Below, in pieces: positions 1 through 12,800 of a stretch of DNA of 64,000 bases; position 1 is the stretch's first letter, and each line of letters begins with the position of its first letter. The translations under genes and the position numbers were made by a program. Under the pieces are notes generated by a model. The model saw only the letters and a program-made list of their open reading frames with translations, was not told the DNA's origin and did no database searches. This DNA is from Utricularia gibba (lineage: Eukaryota > Plantae > Magnoliophyta), in the NCBI GenBank assembly GCA_002189035.1, contig CM007991.1:3968001-4032000 (forward strand), read 5' to 3'.

Positions 1-28
1 CACCGGTTTCAGAGACAAGACAATGCTA

Positions 29-635
<607 letters not shown>

Positions 636-744
636 CTTCCTTCTATAATTCTTACCGGCGCTAAGCTCGACTCTAAAATCAATTGGCGAAGTGATGGTTC
701 ACGATTGCATCCGACATTATACAGATGAGTCGGATTTTGTACAC

Positions 745-753
745 TTTAGGGTT
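745..753 (-). promoter_or_regulatory. Telo-box (AACCCTAAA) upstream of DCP5
   Basis: TTTAGGGTT at 745-753, about 110 bp upstream of the DCP5 ATG, with GGCCC at 805-809. This layout is typical of plant translation/RNA-metabolism gene promoters. Confidence 0.5.
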
Positions 754-1118
754 CCAGTTTTAAATATTTTCAATTGAGTCCTCTAACTATTCTGAATTAG
801 GTTCGGCCCCTCTTAGAATAGATAAATTAGATTTTGCATGCCAGGGTTCAATTTCTGAATATTTACGATTACACCCTCCAACTACTGCAAATTGGAGGCA
901 CCGCCACCCTTCCAGTTTTCCCCTCTTCTTCCGATACCCAGACGAGTGACGACGGACGGACTAGCTCACAAGGTTGAGACCTATGGTCGGCGCTGTTAGA
1001 TAGGAGTGACTCGGACAAGATGGTGGATTTTCTTATCCGCAGTGTCTTCTAACGTTTCTGTTATAATTAGAGTAGGAAAAGGAGCTACAAATATGGAAGT
1101 CTGGTAATTTTTAGGAGG

Positions 1119-3085
1119 TGGGTTCGTTAGACAGGGTGTCTAAGAGGAATGATAATGGAGGGAGATGTGAGAGACTCTCCAAGATGATTTAGTGAAGCTT
1201 TTTTTCCAGTCGAATGGCTGTAACTTCTCTATCATCTGTAATTATGTCAGTAGTTGGCTTAATGGAGAGGAAATTTACAATCTTGCTGTTGCTTGCGGGT
1301 GTTGAAGTTAGTTTTTCTGGTACTGCATATTTGCAGTTACTTGCTATCTTTTTGTAGACTGATGGTTTTTCTTTGCTTTGTTTAGAAAACATAAACATGA
1401 GCGTAGCACGATTGGTTGAAAACTTAGAAAAGAGGTTACTGATGTTTTGAAATCTAAAGGTGCTCTGATGCAACTCAATGGAGGGGTTGTATGTTGATTG
1501 TTTATGGTATTAGTAATTGCTAAAAGCACGTGTTGCGAGAATTCAGTGAATCAATCGAGAAACATATTTTACTTGCTGCACAGATATGTTGTAGTGTTCC
1601 TTCTCGTTATCAAACTTTTAGGTAGATTCCAGCACCTTGCATTGTTCGTGGGGTTTGGAGTTAAGGTATACAATATGTTGCAATTCCATTGCAACATTGT
1701 TAATACTACAAGATTCAGCCTTGTGAGTTGTCTATCTGGAATTTAATCTATCCTTTGTTTCTCACCTTGACTGCTGCTGCATCCGTTTGTTGAGAATTTT
1801 AGTGCATCTAGTATAAAACCTTCCGATAGCCTCAAGGGTCACGACCTTCTAGGGGAAGATACCTTTTTTGTGGTTAATTGTGAAAAAGCAGCAAATTTAG
1901 TTATTGTTGCTTGAGCAGAGGAACCATATAATCAAGCTTTCGGAAAGTATTTGGGATGTGATAGGTATGATTATATGCTTTGGAGTCTCCTGGTTTTGGG
2001 CATGGATAATATGGCTGGTTTGATTGACTAACCAATGGGTTTTCCATGTCTCAGCATCTGTATGCTTGAGAAAACCCATCGTGGGATATGTCTGGAGTAT
2101 GAGAACTTAGTAATGGAATCTGAGTCAAAGTTGCTTGAAGCTAAGAAGCTGATACCATTAGTCCAAGATAAGCGGATATAGAGGTGAGAGAAGAAGTTCA
2201 ATCTTGCCAAAGCAGATAAGAAGAACGAGATCTGTTAACTAGTAAACGTGGTTTTTGACCTTTACACGGAGAGGGTTGGAAACTATCAGAAACCAACTGC
2301 AGATAAAAGAAAATGAGCTGGCCAAGTGTTTGGTTTCTGCCATATCCCATTGTGGTATATGTCTGGAGATTCTTGGTAACTATCTGAAATCAGATAAGGA
2401 ACCCTTTGGCTCCTGCCATATCATTCAATAATGTTTAGTTTCTTACTGTGTTTTAAAAAATAAAGTAAAATAAAATCATCAGACTGCACCCAACTGTGAT
2501 ACTTTTTTAATAAGCATTCTTGTGCAGATAATCCAAGTGTGCAGGCACTGACAACTTGATCCTCCATTCCCAGAAAACAAAGCTGTGATACTTTTGTACA
2601 TGGTAATGATTTCAGTGAAAGAGCAGAACGAAGCTTCTTACACCTTGGAGATTTCATGTAAGGTTTCAGACATTAGATTTTCTTCATACTCTGCTTGAAA
2701 TGTAATCACGTGTGGGTGGGTGAACTGTGACCAAAAATTATGGTACCAGGCTATGCCCACTCTAATCAGCAGTGGGACAGATTGTATGATGATGACATAG
2801 CCTCAGACAGTAGAAATTCAAATTTTCCTTTTTTTATCCCCACAAGAAGAGGCACCAAGAGCTTTGCTTCTTTGAGTGTTTGCTGGGTAACTTCCTTCCA
2901 ACTTTGAATCCCATTTTCATCCATCTCTATTATGGAATGTTTTTTCCCATAAGCTAGAAAATAGAATCATGCAACTTTATGCCCCAATTAGTAGGCAGTG
3001 CCATTATGTTTCCTGGTCCAAAGTCTGGTAGCTGGGCTCGTTCATTTGTGTATGGAATGGAGTTACTGACCTCTTCAATGTCTCA
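1119..3085 (+). pseudogene. CRWN: Decayed CRWN/LINC (NMCP1-type nuclear lamina protein) gene remnant
   Basis: Collinear fragments broken by stops and frameshifts: 1119-1186 WVR*TGCLRGMIME/ERLSKM (cf. [30 protein letters not shown]); 1901-1987 LLLLEQRNHIIKLSE...FGV (cf. LKREQAAHLIAISE...LGV); 2065-2181 LEKTHRGICLEYENLVMESESKLLEAKKLIPLVQDKRI* (cf. [38 protein letters not shown], same register); 3018-3085 PKSG..WNGVTDLFNVS (cf. SPxSGGRMSWLRKCTSKIFNLSP). Reference motifs are recalled from memory. Confidence 0.6.
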
Positions 3086-4759
3086 GTTCTGGGGACCCCC
3101 TTAGGTCCACTAGGCAGAAACACAGAGGGCAACCTTTCTTACTAACCGGGATCTACTGTTAGAGTTCAAAACAGCAGTTTTCTTTGCAGGGAAAAGGAAT
3201 GTGATCCCTGTCTTCTCCTCCATGCCTCACCGGACACCCATGAGATTGAGCTAACCCGATCCCAATCCCAGAACGGAATGCTGACAATGAAGAAAACAGG
3301 ATGAGCTGAGACCGGCCTCGCTGAAAGTGAAAGGATGGCGGTTCCGGGTCCTGTTTTTTGAAGCTCAGATTTGGTGGTCCATTTCGCCAACTTAGCTTAT
3401 CCCATCCTGACACCCTTCGCCACATGAAGCCAGGACCAGAGCGTCCCATCACGGCCATAAACTAATCTGCGTGGCCGCCCCAGTTCATCATCCACACCAG
3501 CTCCGGGTTCCACTTCATACGGGATGCGATACCATGTTGAAATTCAAGATCAGATCCATCGGATCATTTACGAAAGTAACCATCTTTCCTTTCTTTCTCA
3601 TACACAAAGAACAAATTTTTACATATAGGATGATCATTTTTATCATACATTTAAAATACAGTAATAAATTTTATAATAAACCTGGATCCAACACAAGTAT
3701 AGAATATGGCTCATATTAAACGACGAAGCAGCTCGGCCGTAGTGTAAGCAGCCTTGTCCGTACGGCTTCGGTGACCAGCTGCATGCATGGACGTACAATT
3801 TTAAAACTCGGAAGAAAGCAGACAGATGAGATGATTACTGCCTTTTATTTTTAAAAAATAATAATAAAATTAAATGGGCCTCTAGATATTATATGCATAT
3901 TTTAAGGCTGGTTTTAAAAGATTACGTAAATACCAATTAAATAAATGTAAATAATAATAAGCATCAATAATAGAGACCTAGGGGTTTCATGCAATTATTG
4001 ATTAATAATTGAGTCTCCAAACGGTAAACCGCCTCCCAAAAAACAGCATATTTTTTTAATAAGTTCGACACGTTTATTTGTTTCTGTTTAATTTTTAGCG
4101 AACAAAATAAATATCTTTATAAATAAATTCAAATTTCTTTTTTAAACCACGGACCGTACTGGATTATAGTCAATGTTTTATTTAATCTGTATATTTGGTA
4201 AATACTTTAAATTAAACCAGTAGTTTAATTTATATTAAACCACATATTTATTCTTAATTTACCATTATCATTTAAAACCATAATTCAAGCATTTTTTTCA
4301 TTACAAAATATAGCGCATCTAAATCTATTTACCAAGTACATTCTAAAAATAAATCCATAAAATAAATTTTTATCTTAAATCATATTATTAAAATCTTAAA
4401 TTACATATCAAACACAACCTTAAAGTTTGGAATACCAAACTGCAGGGTTTGAAGCCGAAATTGACAATTCAATGTGGTTCGGTTTCGATCGAAATTTAAA
4501 ATTAATTTAAAAAATAGAATTGGTACCACTTGTTCCCATTTTATATTCTATTTTGAAACTGAAATCAAAATCAATTGCAAGCACATGGAACCCTCATCCC
4601 AAAACCATCGATTTCAATTGTACTTCCGAAGGGGATCGGAGCTTCTCATTGAAGAATTGACGGATGGTTATTTGTACATATAGAGTATTGTTATGTGTTA
4701 ATAATTTAATGAATTTATTTAATTTAATTTTTGAATATTATAATATTTAACTGTTTTGT

Positions 4760-4920
4760 ATTAAAATTAGAAATTCATATCTTGTGATTAATTTTATAAA
4801 TTATTGAATTTATTCAATTTTTGTATTATATAATAATGTAATATATTAAACTTTATAAAATATATTTATTTTATGAAATTTTATATTACTACACAAAACA
4901 ATTTTACAATTTTAAAATTA
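4760..4920. repeat. AT-rich dispersed repeat, copy 1 (probable non-autonomous DNA transposon remnant)
   Basis: Shares blocks such as ttataaattattgaatttatt...taatatattaaactttataa...ttttacaattttaaa with 8325-8570 and 19240-19475. Confidence 0.55.
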
Positions 4921-5328
4921 ATTCTATGTACATAATCTCAAAATTAGTTATGTCCGTTTTCTCCTAAGTGATTATCAGGTTGTATTTAGTTGTGTTTATT
5001 GGAAATCATTTTTCAAAAACTTCGATTATTTTGATTTTTAAAAATAATAAACGATTCTAGTTTTATTCTATGTTTAAAGCATAATTAACTTGGTAAAAAA
5101 TGATTGTAAATTGTTATTTTAAAATGAAAATGAGGGATGGAAGGGTGGACAATTCAATTGGCAGACAAGCGCCTTCATTAATTGCCCTAAATAAGACAAC
5201 AATCATTGTTTTTTTTTGTTACAATTTTCTAAAAAGTCACTTCTTTTTCCATTTTTTTCCACCATTTTGGAATTGGCGAAATTAATTCGACCGTTGGAAG
5301 CCCTCCTCCTCCTCCCTCCATTGCTCCA

Positions 5329-5390
5329 AAAAAAAAAAAAAAAAAGAAGACGAAGAAGAAGAAGAAAGAATCATTGTGGTGTGCTTGATT
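5329..5390 (+). repeat. Poly-A plus (AAG)n simple repeat; further (AAG)/(GAG)n tract at about 5535-5572
   Basis: Seen directly in the sequence upstream of the LRR gene. Confidence 0.8.
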
Positions 5391-6062
5391 TGGTTTCAGG
5401 AGGAAGGACCGAGACTTAACCATAAGACTCGCCCTTTGCCGTTGGTTCAAAACATGTCGCAGAATAATTCTTGGTAACAGAACCAGAACTGTCTGCAATT
5501 TAATACCCTACTCCATTAGCCCACTGTAACAAGGAAGAAGAAGAAGAGAAAGAGGAGGAGGAGGAGGAGGAACATAATTCTTGGCTATGGCATTGAATGT
5601 GGCTCCCTCCCATAAGTAGCTTCAGAAAAGGAAAGAGAAATGAATAAAAAGCTTCAGCTCGGGGTCTCCCCATGTCCCCTGTTTCTTGTCCGAATTATAC
5701 AATCGCTTTTTCATTACATGATCCTGAGACAAAAACCACCCTTTGCTTTATTGCATGCTCAAAAATCTTTCCTTTTTCTTCTTCCTCTGGTCCACTCCCC
5801 CCGAAAAATACACTTGTTTGAATCGTTTTCTTGAGCTCTGCATCAGTTTGCAGGGTGTAGGTTAATGCGATTTGGTGGGTTCGCCATTATTGCTTCTTCC
5901 AGCTTAACTGTTTTGTGAGCTTTTTTAGCTGCAAATAGACTCTAGACCTAAGTGTTTTTCTACTCTTTTTCTGGATCCCCCCTTTCGTTTGCTATAAAGA
6001 TGAAACAGAGCACTCTGCATCCGTAATTGTTAATCTGGTTTCTCGAAGCTGGGTTTCTCAAG

Positions 6063-7520
6063 ATGAAGAGGCTCAGACGTCTGAGCGTTTCTATCTTTAT
6101 TCTGTGTGTCATTGGGTTGTGCGCCTCATGCACCGCTGAAGATCAAGAAGCTTCTTCTTCTTCGTCTTCTCCAATGAAGGAAACAGAGAAAGCAGCATTG
6201 TTCACTGCTATACAGAGCCTTGTCGGAAAATGGTGGAACGGCTCTGATCTTTATCCGGATCCTTGTGGGTGGACTCCCATCCAGGTAAAGATTCCTTTTT
6301 TTTTTTTTTCTTTTTGAAGATGTGTTTTGTGTTTAATTTTTTTTTCATTGATGAACCTGAAACAGGGGGTTTCTTGTGATTTATACGATGGTTACTGGTA
6401 TGTTACTGATATCAGTATAGGGCCTGTTCATGATAACTCGCTGATTTGTGATAAAAATGTGGAGTTTCCTTCGCATTTTTTTGCGTTGCGCCGTTTGAAG
6501 TCATTGTCATTCTTCAACTGCTTTGTGAATCATCCGGTCAAGATTCCGACGAAGGAATGGGAGATCATGGCGGCAAGTTTAGAGTCGTTAGAGTTCCGGT
6601 CGAATCCGGGGCTCATCGGAGAAATTCCAGTGGCAGTCGGTGTGCTGAAGAATCTGAAGTCTCTGGTTTTGATGGCCAATGGGCTTACCGGTGAAATACC
6701 CGAAAGCATCGGGTATTTGACTAATTTGAAGCGTTTGAATCTAGCTGGAAACTCGTTTACAGGAAAAATTCCGGGCACTTTCGGTGGGCTGAATCAGCTC
6801 CTGATTCTCGATATCAGCAGGAATTCACTCTCCGGCGAACTACCGCCGTCTCTTGGGGACGCCGTTTCCCTGCTCAAGCTCGATCTCAGCAACAATCAGC
6901 TAACGGGAGCTATCCCTGAGCAGATGGGTAAACTGAAAAACTTAACACTCTTGGATCTCAGCAACAACAGGTTATCCGGTGGGTTATCGGGATCCATTCA
7001 AGAAATGATCTCCCTGGAAGAATTGTCCCTCGCCAACAACCCCATTTCCGGAAACATCATGAATCTACAATTCCTGAAGCTCAAAGCCCTAGCCGCCGTA
7101 GATTTCTCAAACATGAGCTTAACAGGAGGAATCCCGGACTCCATAACCGAGCTGAAATCACTGAGATTCTTGGGGCTCGGGAACAACAACCTAATCGGAG
7201 AAATCCCACAAAATCTCGCATCTTTACCAAACATCAGCGCCATCTACCTTCAGGGCAACAATCTCACAGGGGAACTGAAGTTCCCACAGCCCTTCTACAC
7301 CAAATTAGGCCGCCGTTTCGGTGCCTGGGGCAACCCAAATCTCTGCTTCCCATCTCAAAACACAGTACCTCCCCCATTCGGCGTGAAGCAATGCACCCAA
7401 AACCTCATCAAATACGAGATGAAGTCGAATACCCATCAAAGCTCAGATTCAGTGCCATCAAAAGAAGGAATCGGAAGATGGGTGTGTATAGTTTTGATTA
7501 CAGTTGTCCTAATGATGTAA
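6063..7520 (+). CDS. PII-2: LRR receptor-like protein, PII-2 / TMM-related clade (signal peptide, LRRs, hydrophobic C-tail)
   Basis: Exon 1 6063..6284 (MKRLRRLSVSIFILCVIGLCASCTA...WNGSDLYPDPCGWTPIQ), intron 6285..6365, exon 2 6366..7520 (GVSCDLYDGYWYVTDISIG, LxxLxLxxNxLxGxIP repeats, WGNPNLC, hydrophobic end). No kinase domain. Confidence 0.9.
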
Positions 7521-8324
7521 CTTTGTAGTGTTTAGGGATCAGCAGAAGTGTAGTACATGTAATACAGCTTTGAAAAGTAGGTGCGTACTGTAGTTGTCCG
7601 AAGGGGAGACAGGACTGTCATTCTAACTACTGAACCATATCAAATGTGTATTAAGATGGGGGTCTGGTGTCTGGATGTGGATAATGAGATAAGAGTCTTC
7701 GCATTGCAATGTGGCGCTGGAAGCAGAAGCAGAAGCGCCATATCCTTTCTCTCTGCCAACTGAAACCTTGCTTTCTCTTCTGCACAGTCACTGACTTCCT
7801 TTTTCCTGGTTGGTTGTTCAGTGGGGGTCCCGTTTTCAGAGACGCAGTTGGCCCTAATTTGATCCTAAATTAGGGTTTGACTTGTCCATACTCGTCTAAA
7901 TTACGTCCACATTGGAATGTAGGTTTAGAGGGTAAATCCACGCGTTTAATAGATGATTAATAGATTATAAACGCGTTTAAATCCACGCGTTTAATAAATT
8001 CGCATAAAACAACTATTAAATAAATATTTTTCATAAATCTAAATAATCAAAACTAATATATAAATAGTTATCACAAATAAATATTTATTTTATTGTTTAT
8101 TAAAATCTAAATAATTTGAACTATATTAATTTTTTTTTACCGAAATAGCAGACGTGACATCAAATCTATATATTTATGTTTCAACTTAAAAAAAAAAGGT
8201 TTAGTACTATAATAAATTTTTAATATAAACATATGCTGGATTTGTTTTGTTTTCATAATTTTTTGAATTAATTTTAGTTAATTTTTAAAAATTCTAATTT
8301 TTAGCCCCTTTTTAATAAAATCAG

Positions 8325-8570
8325 AAATTTAGATTCTTTGATTAACTTTATAAATTTTTGAATTTATTAAATCTGTGTTTTAGTGATTAAATAAGAGATT
8401 AATTAGAAAAATTATGCTATTTACTTTTTATAGATTTTAAAAATATATTTATATCATAACATTAACTATACAATAATTTAATATATTAAACTTTATAACA
8501 TGTATTTTATTTTATTAAATTTTATAATATAAAATTCTGTTATCCTGTAAAACATTTTTACAACGTCAAA
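8325..8570. repeat. AT-rich dispersed repeat, copy 2
   Basis: gattaaataagagattaattag...tttatatcataacattaa...ataatttaat shared with 19240-19475. Confidence 0.65.
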
Positions 8571-9835
8571 TTAATTATATTTACATAATCTTAAAATTCA
8601 TTCAATTCTACATAATCTGAAGCACAACTTCAAATTAACCCATTTATTATGCGTAAAAAATTATAATACAACACTCAATCCACAATTTAATAACTTTTAA
8701 ATCGTTTTTTAAAAAATGTTTTTCGATAACTGGTTCTAATTTTCATCCATTTTCCGTTTATATTAAAATAGAATTTGAATTTATTCAAACGTCTACATTA
8801 TACAAATACTTATCGATTATTGGCTTAATAAATTGAATTAATTACTCAACTGCGCAATTGTGAAATTATCAAATTGACACGTACCGATGGATACCCCCAC
8901 GTCAAGATCTGTCCGTGGTTTTTGTATGGGCCGGGCCGGGTAGCAATAAATTATAACCCCTATGGCCCATCAGATTTAACCCACGGAGTCACCGGTGACG
9001 TACGGGTGAAGAACTGGAGAGCGAAGATGATGGCGAAGAAGCTCACTGCTATTCTCATAATGAGTTTGCTTTGGAGGCTCGCGAAGGCTGACGTCGTCCG
9101 ATGGCTGGCTCCACGGATTGTTTCGCATTGGGGTTAGCGTTTAATTACTGGCGCAACTTACTGCTTAAGAAATATCTTCCTCAATTAGGTCTTTTCAAGC
9201 TCGATGATCCCCTCATCCGATCGTCAAATGACCTAATTTACAAGCGTGTGGAATTAGTCCGCCGTACCGAAGCGACGTAGGGATGGCCCACACGTGTCGA
9301 GGTACGACGGCCATGAATCAAATCAATGACTCGACAAAAGTAGGTTTGTCAAGGGCTGCGTGAGGGCAAAACAGTAATTTCGCCACCTCTGAGCAGCAAC
9401 ATTATATAATTATATGTATTGTTTCTATATAATTATTTAAAAATATTAGTTTGAGTTTAATTTTTGATATTTAAATAAACAAAAAAAAGAGTATGTGGTG
9501 GTTTTTTTGTAGCGGAAAGTGCTAGGCAGATTCATTTTTGTATGAAGTCAACCTTCAAACGAATCCAGCCGGGACACGTTTTGCATACTTTTCCCATCTC
9601 GTCTAACTGACTTTGTATCATTACTAATAGTTAAGCTGAAACTTCATCTTCGGCGTTGTCTTGTTTTGAGTTGAGAGTTGGATCCCGTTTGCGTGCTTGC
9701 TGATCCTTCTCCGGGTCACAAAGATTAAAGCTTTTTTGGTGTTTCGAACCTGGGTTTGTGATTTCACGAGCTTTTTAGCTCATTTAAAGCTCAGATCACT
9801 TGCCTCCAGAGTCGAAGCTTTTGGCTGAGGTAGCA

Positions 9836-12800
9836 ATGGCGGGTGGGACGAAAAGGAGGCTGCATTTGAGCAAATTGTACTCATTGGGATGTAGAAAACC
9901 ATCGGTGAAAGATGATGGTTCAGCTTCTCGTATTGGTGGACCTGGTTTCTCACGAGTGGTTTATTGCAATGAATCGAATAACCAGGAATCCGTTCTTCGC
10001 AATTACGCAGGCAATTATGTTCGGACAACGAAGTATACTGCTGTGTCTTTCTTCCCCAAGTCTCTGTTTGAGCAGTTCAGAAGAGTAGCTAACTTTTACT
10101 TCCTTGTTGCTGGTATCTTATCTTTCACACCCCTTGCTCCGTATTCTGCAACCAGTGCTATTATTCCTCTCTTTATAGTCATTGGCTTCAGCATGTTGAA
10201 AGAGGCTATCGAAGATTGGCGTCGAAAACAGCAGGTATTTGATTGCAGGATTGTTTTACTGATAAGAGTCGTCTAGTTTTCCCTTTTATTTTCGTATTCA
10301 CGGGTGGTTTTGTGTTATCGAACATGTAGGATGTCGAGGTAAACAACAGGAAAGTCATGATACATAGAAGTGGAGGATTCTTTGAGGGGGTAGTATGGAA
10401 GGATTTGAAAGTTGGTGATATAGTGAAAGTCGAGAAAGATGAGTTCTTTCCTGCAGATATTGTTTTACTTTCATCCAGCTATGAAGATGGTGTTTGCTAT
10501 GTTGAAACCATGAATCTTGATGGAGAGACAAATCTGAAACTGAAGCAAGCATTAGAAGCGACTTCGCTAGGAAATGAAAACGGGGACTTCGTGGACTTCA
10601 GGGCTGTGGTCAAATGTGAAGATCCAAATGCTAATCTGTACAGTTTTGTTGGAAGTATGGAGTATAACGAACAGCAGCATCCTCTTTCTCCGCAGCAGCT
10701 TTTACTTCGAGACTCGAAGTTGAGGAACACTGATTATGTATATGGAGCTGTAATCTTCACAGGGCATGATACAAAGGTTATGCAGAATGCTACAGCTCCA
10801 CCTTCAAAGAGAAGCAACATTGAGAAGAAAATGGATAGGATCATCTACATGTTGTTTGGTCTTCTTTTCCTGATGGCTTTTGGTGGATCAGTGTACTTTG
10901 GTATTGTAACTCGACAAGATCTTGACAGAGGGCATCGAAGGTGGTATCTTCAACCTGAAAACAGCACTATTTTCTTTGATCCACAGAGAGCTCCAGTCGC
11001 TGCCATATATCACTTTTTGACAGCATTGCTCCTCTATGGCTCCGTGATTCCTATTTCTTTATACGTATCTATTGAGATTGTTAAAGTTCTTCAGACAGTT
11101 TTCATAAACCAAGATGTTAATATGTACTATGAGGAGACCGATAAGCCAACACGTGCTCGGACTTCGAATCTGATGGAGGAATTAGGACAAGTTGATACCA
11201 TTCTCTCTGACAAAACAGGCACATTGACTTGCAACTCCATGGAGTTCATCAAATGCTCTATTGCGGGCACTGCATACGGTCGTGGTACAACAGAGGTTGA
11301 AAGGGCTATGGCTAGCAAAGACGGGAGTTCTGTGACTACAGTCAACAACCAAAAGAAATCATCAGTCAAGGGATACAATTTTGATGATGAAAGAATTGTG
11401 AATGGAAACTGGGTTAAGGAGCAGCACTCTCACATCATCCAAAAGTTCTTCCAGTTGCTAGCAATTTGTCACACAGCAATACCGGATATCGATGAACATA
11501 CAAAGAATATTACATATGAAGCAGAGTCACCTGACGAGGCAGCATTTGTCATTGCAGCCAGAGAACTTGGTTTTGAGTTTTTCAAAAGAACTCAGACCAG
11601 TGTTTCTGTCTATGAGCTTGATCATTCCTCGGGAAAAAGAGTTGAAAGGTAACCTTATACAATGAAGCATACATTTTGTTTCACTAATTAGGACAATATC
11701 CTAACCTTTAAAAACTCCTTTTGGTGCAGAGTATATACCCTGTTAAACGTTTTGGAATTCAACAGTGCAAGGAAGCGAATGTCTGTGATAGTAAGAGATG
11801 AAGAGGGAAGGCTTGTTTTGCTCTGTAAAGGTGCTGACAGGTTGGTTGCGTCTTCCCTTTCTTCTTACCAATCGCACATTAAAAATAATAATATTTGTGG
11901 TTGATGTGATTCATTCATTTTCAGTGTCATGTTTGAGAGACTAGCCAAAAACAGAGAGAAGTTTGAAGCAGAAACCAGACAGCATGTTGTTGAGTATGCT
12001 GATGCCGGGTTGAGGACTTTGATTCTTGCGTATCGTGAACTGAACGAGGAGGAATACAATGCCTTCAGTGAAAAATTTTCAAGGGCCAAGAATTCGCTCA
12101 GTGCGGATCGTGATGCGCAGGTCGAAGAAGTGATGGAAGAAATAGAGAAAGATTTGGTTCTTTTAGGTGCAACGGCAGTTGAGGACAAACTCCAGGAAGG
12201 GGTGAGTATGACTTGCATTAAGACCTATCATCAAAACATAGCAGGTGCTGATCCTTCTGGTTCTTGCAGGTTCCTGAGTGCATTGACAAACTTGCTCAAG
12301 CAGGAATCAAGATATGGGTTTTGACTGGAGATAAAATGGAAACTGCCATTAACATTGGGTAAGTTTATTTATTCATTTTTTCTCTCTTGTTATCAGACGT
12401 TTCTAACTTAGGGAAAAAATGGTGCCTACAGATATGCTTGCAGCTTACTTCGACATGGAATGAGGAAGATTATTATTACCTTGGATCAACCTGAGATTGT
12501 AACCTTGGAGAAAGAAGGAGACAAACTTGCTATTTCCAAGGTAACATTAGTCCATGTATTAAATCCATAGAACAGAAAATCAGTCAAAGAGCAAACACAA
12601 GCTTAATAAACCTTTTAAACTAACGATATGCTTCATTGTTTAGGCTTCTAAAAGGAGTGTCGTTCAGCAAATTTGCATTGGAAAGGCTGATATTTCCAAG
12701 CACCGCTCAGATGCTTTTGCCTTGATAATTGATGGGAAATCTCTGGCTTATGCATTAGAAGATGAGGTCAAAAGCATGTTTCTTGAGCTTGCAATTGGGT

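Noticed and set aside
3424-3438. ATGAAGCCAGGACC resembling a miR165/166 complementary site
   Set aside because: Several mismatches, no hairpin partner and no HD-ZIP III context.
3159-3458. 99-aa minus-strand ORF containing RPRRL...GWDKLS, faintly like the TCP domain (RDRR...GFDKAS)
   Set aside because: Register is off by one, the intervening helix residues do not match, and the basic KDRHSK region is absent. Probably a chance resemblance near the 3' part of the CRWN remnant.
7740-7748. ATATCCTTT, a perfect U12 AT-AC donor consensus
   Set aside because: Lies beyond the LRR gene stop codon, with no branch point or AC acceptor and no downstream exon.
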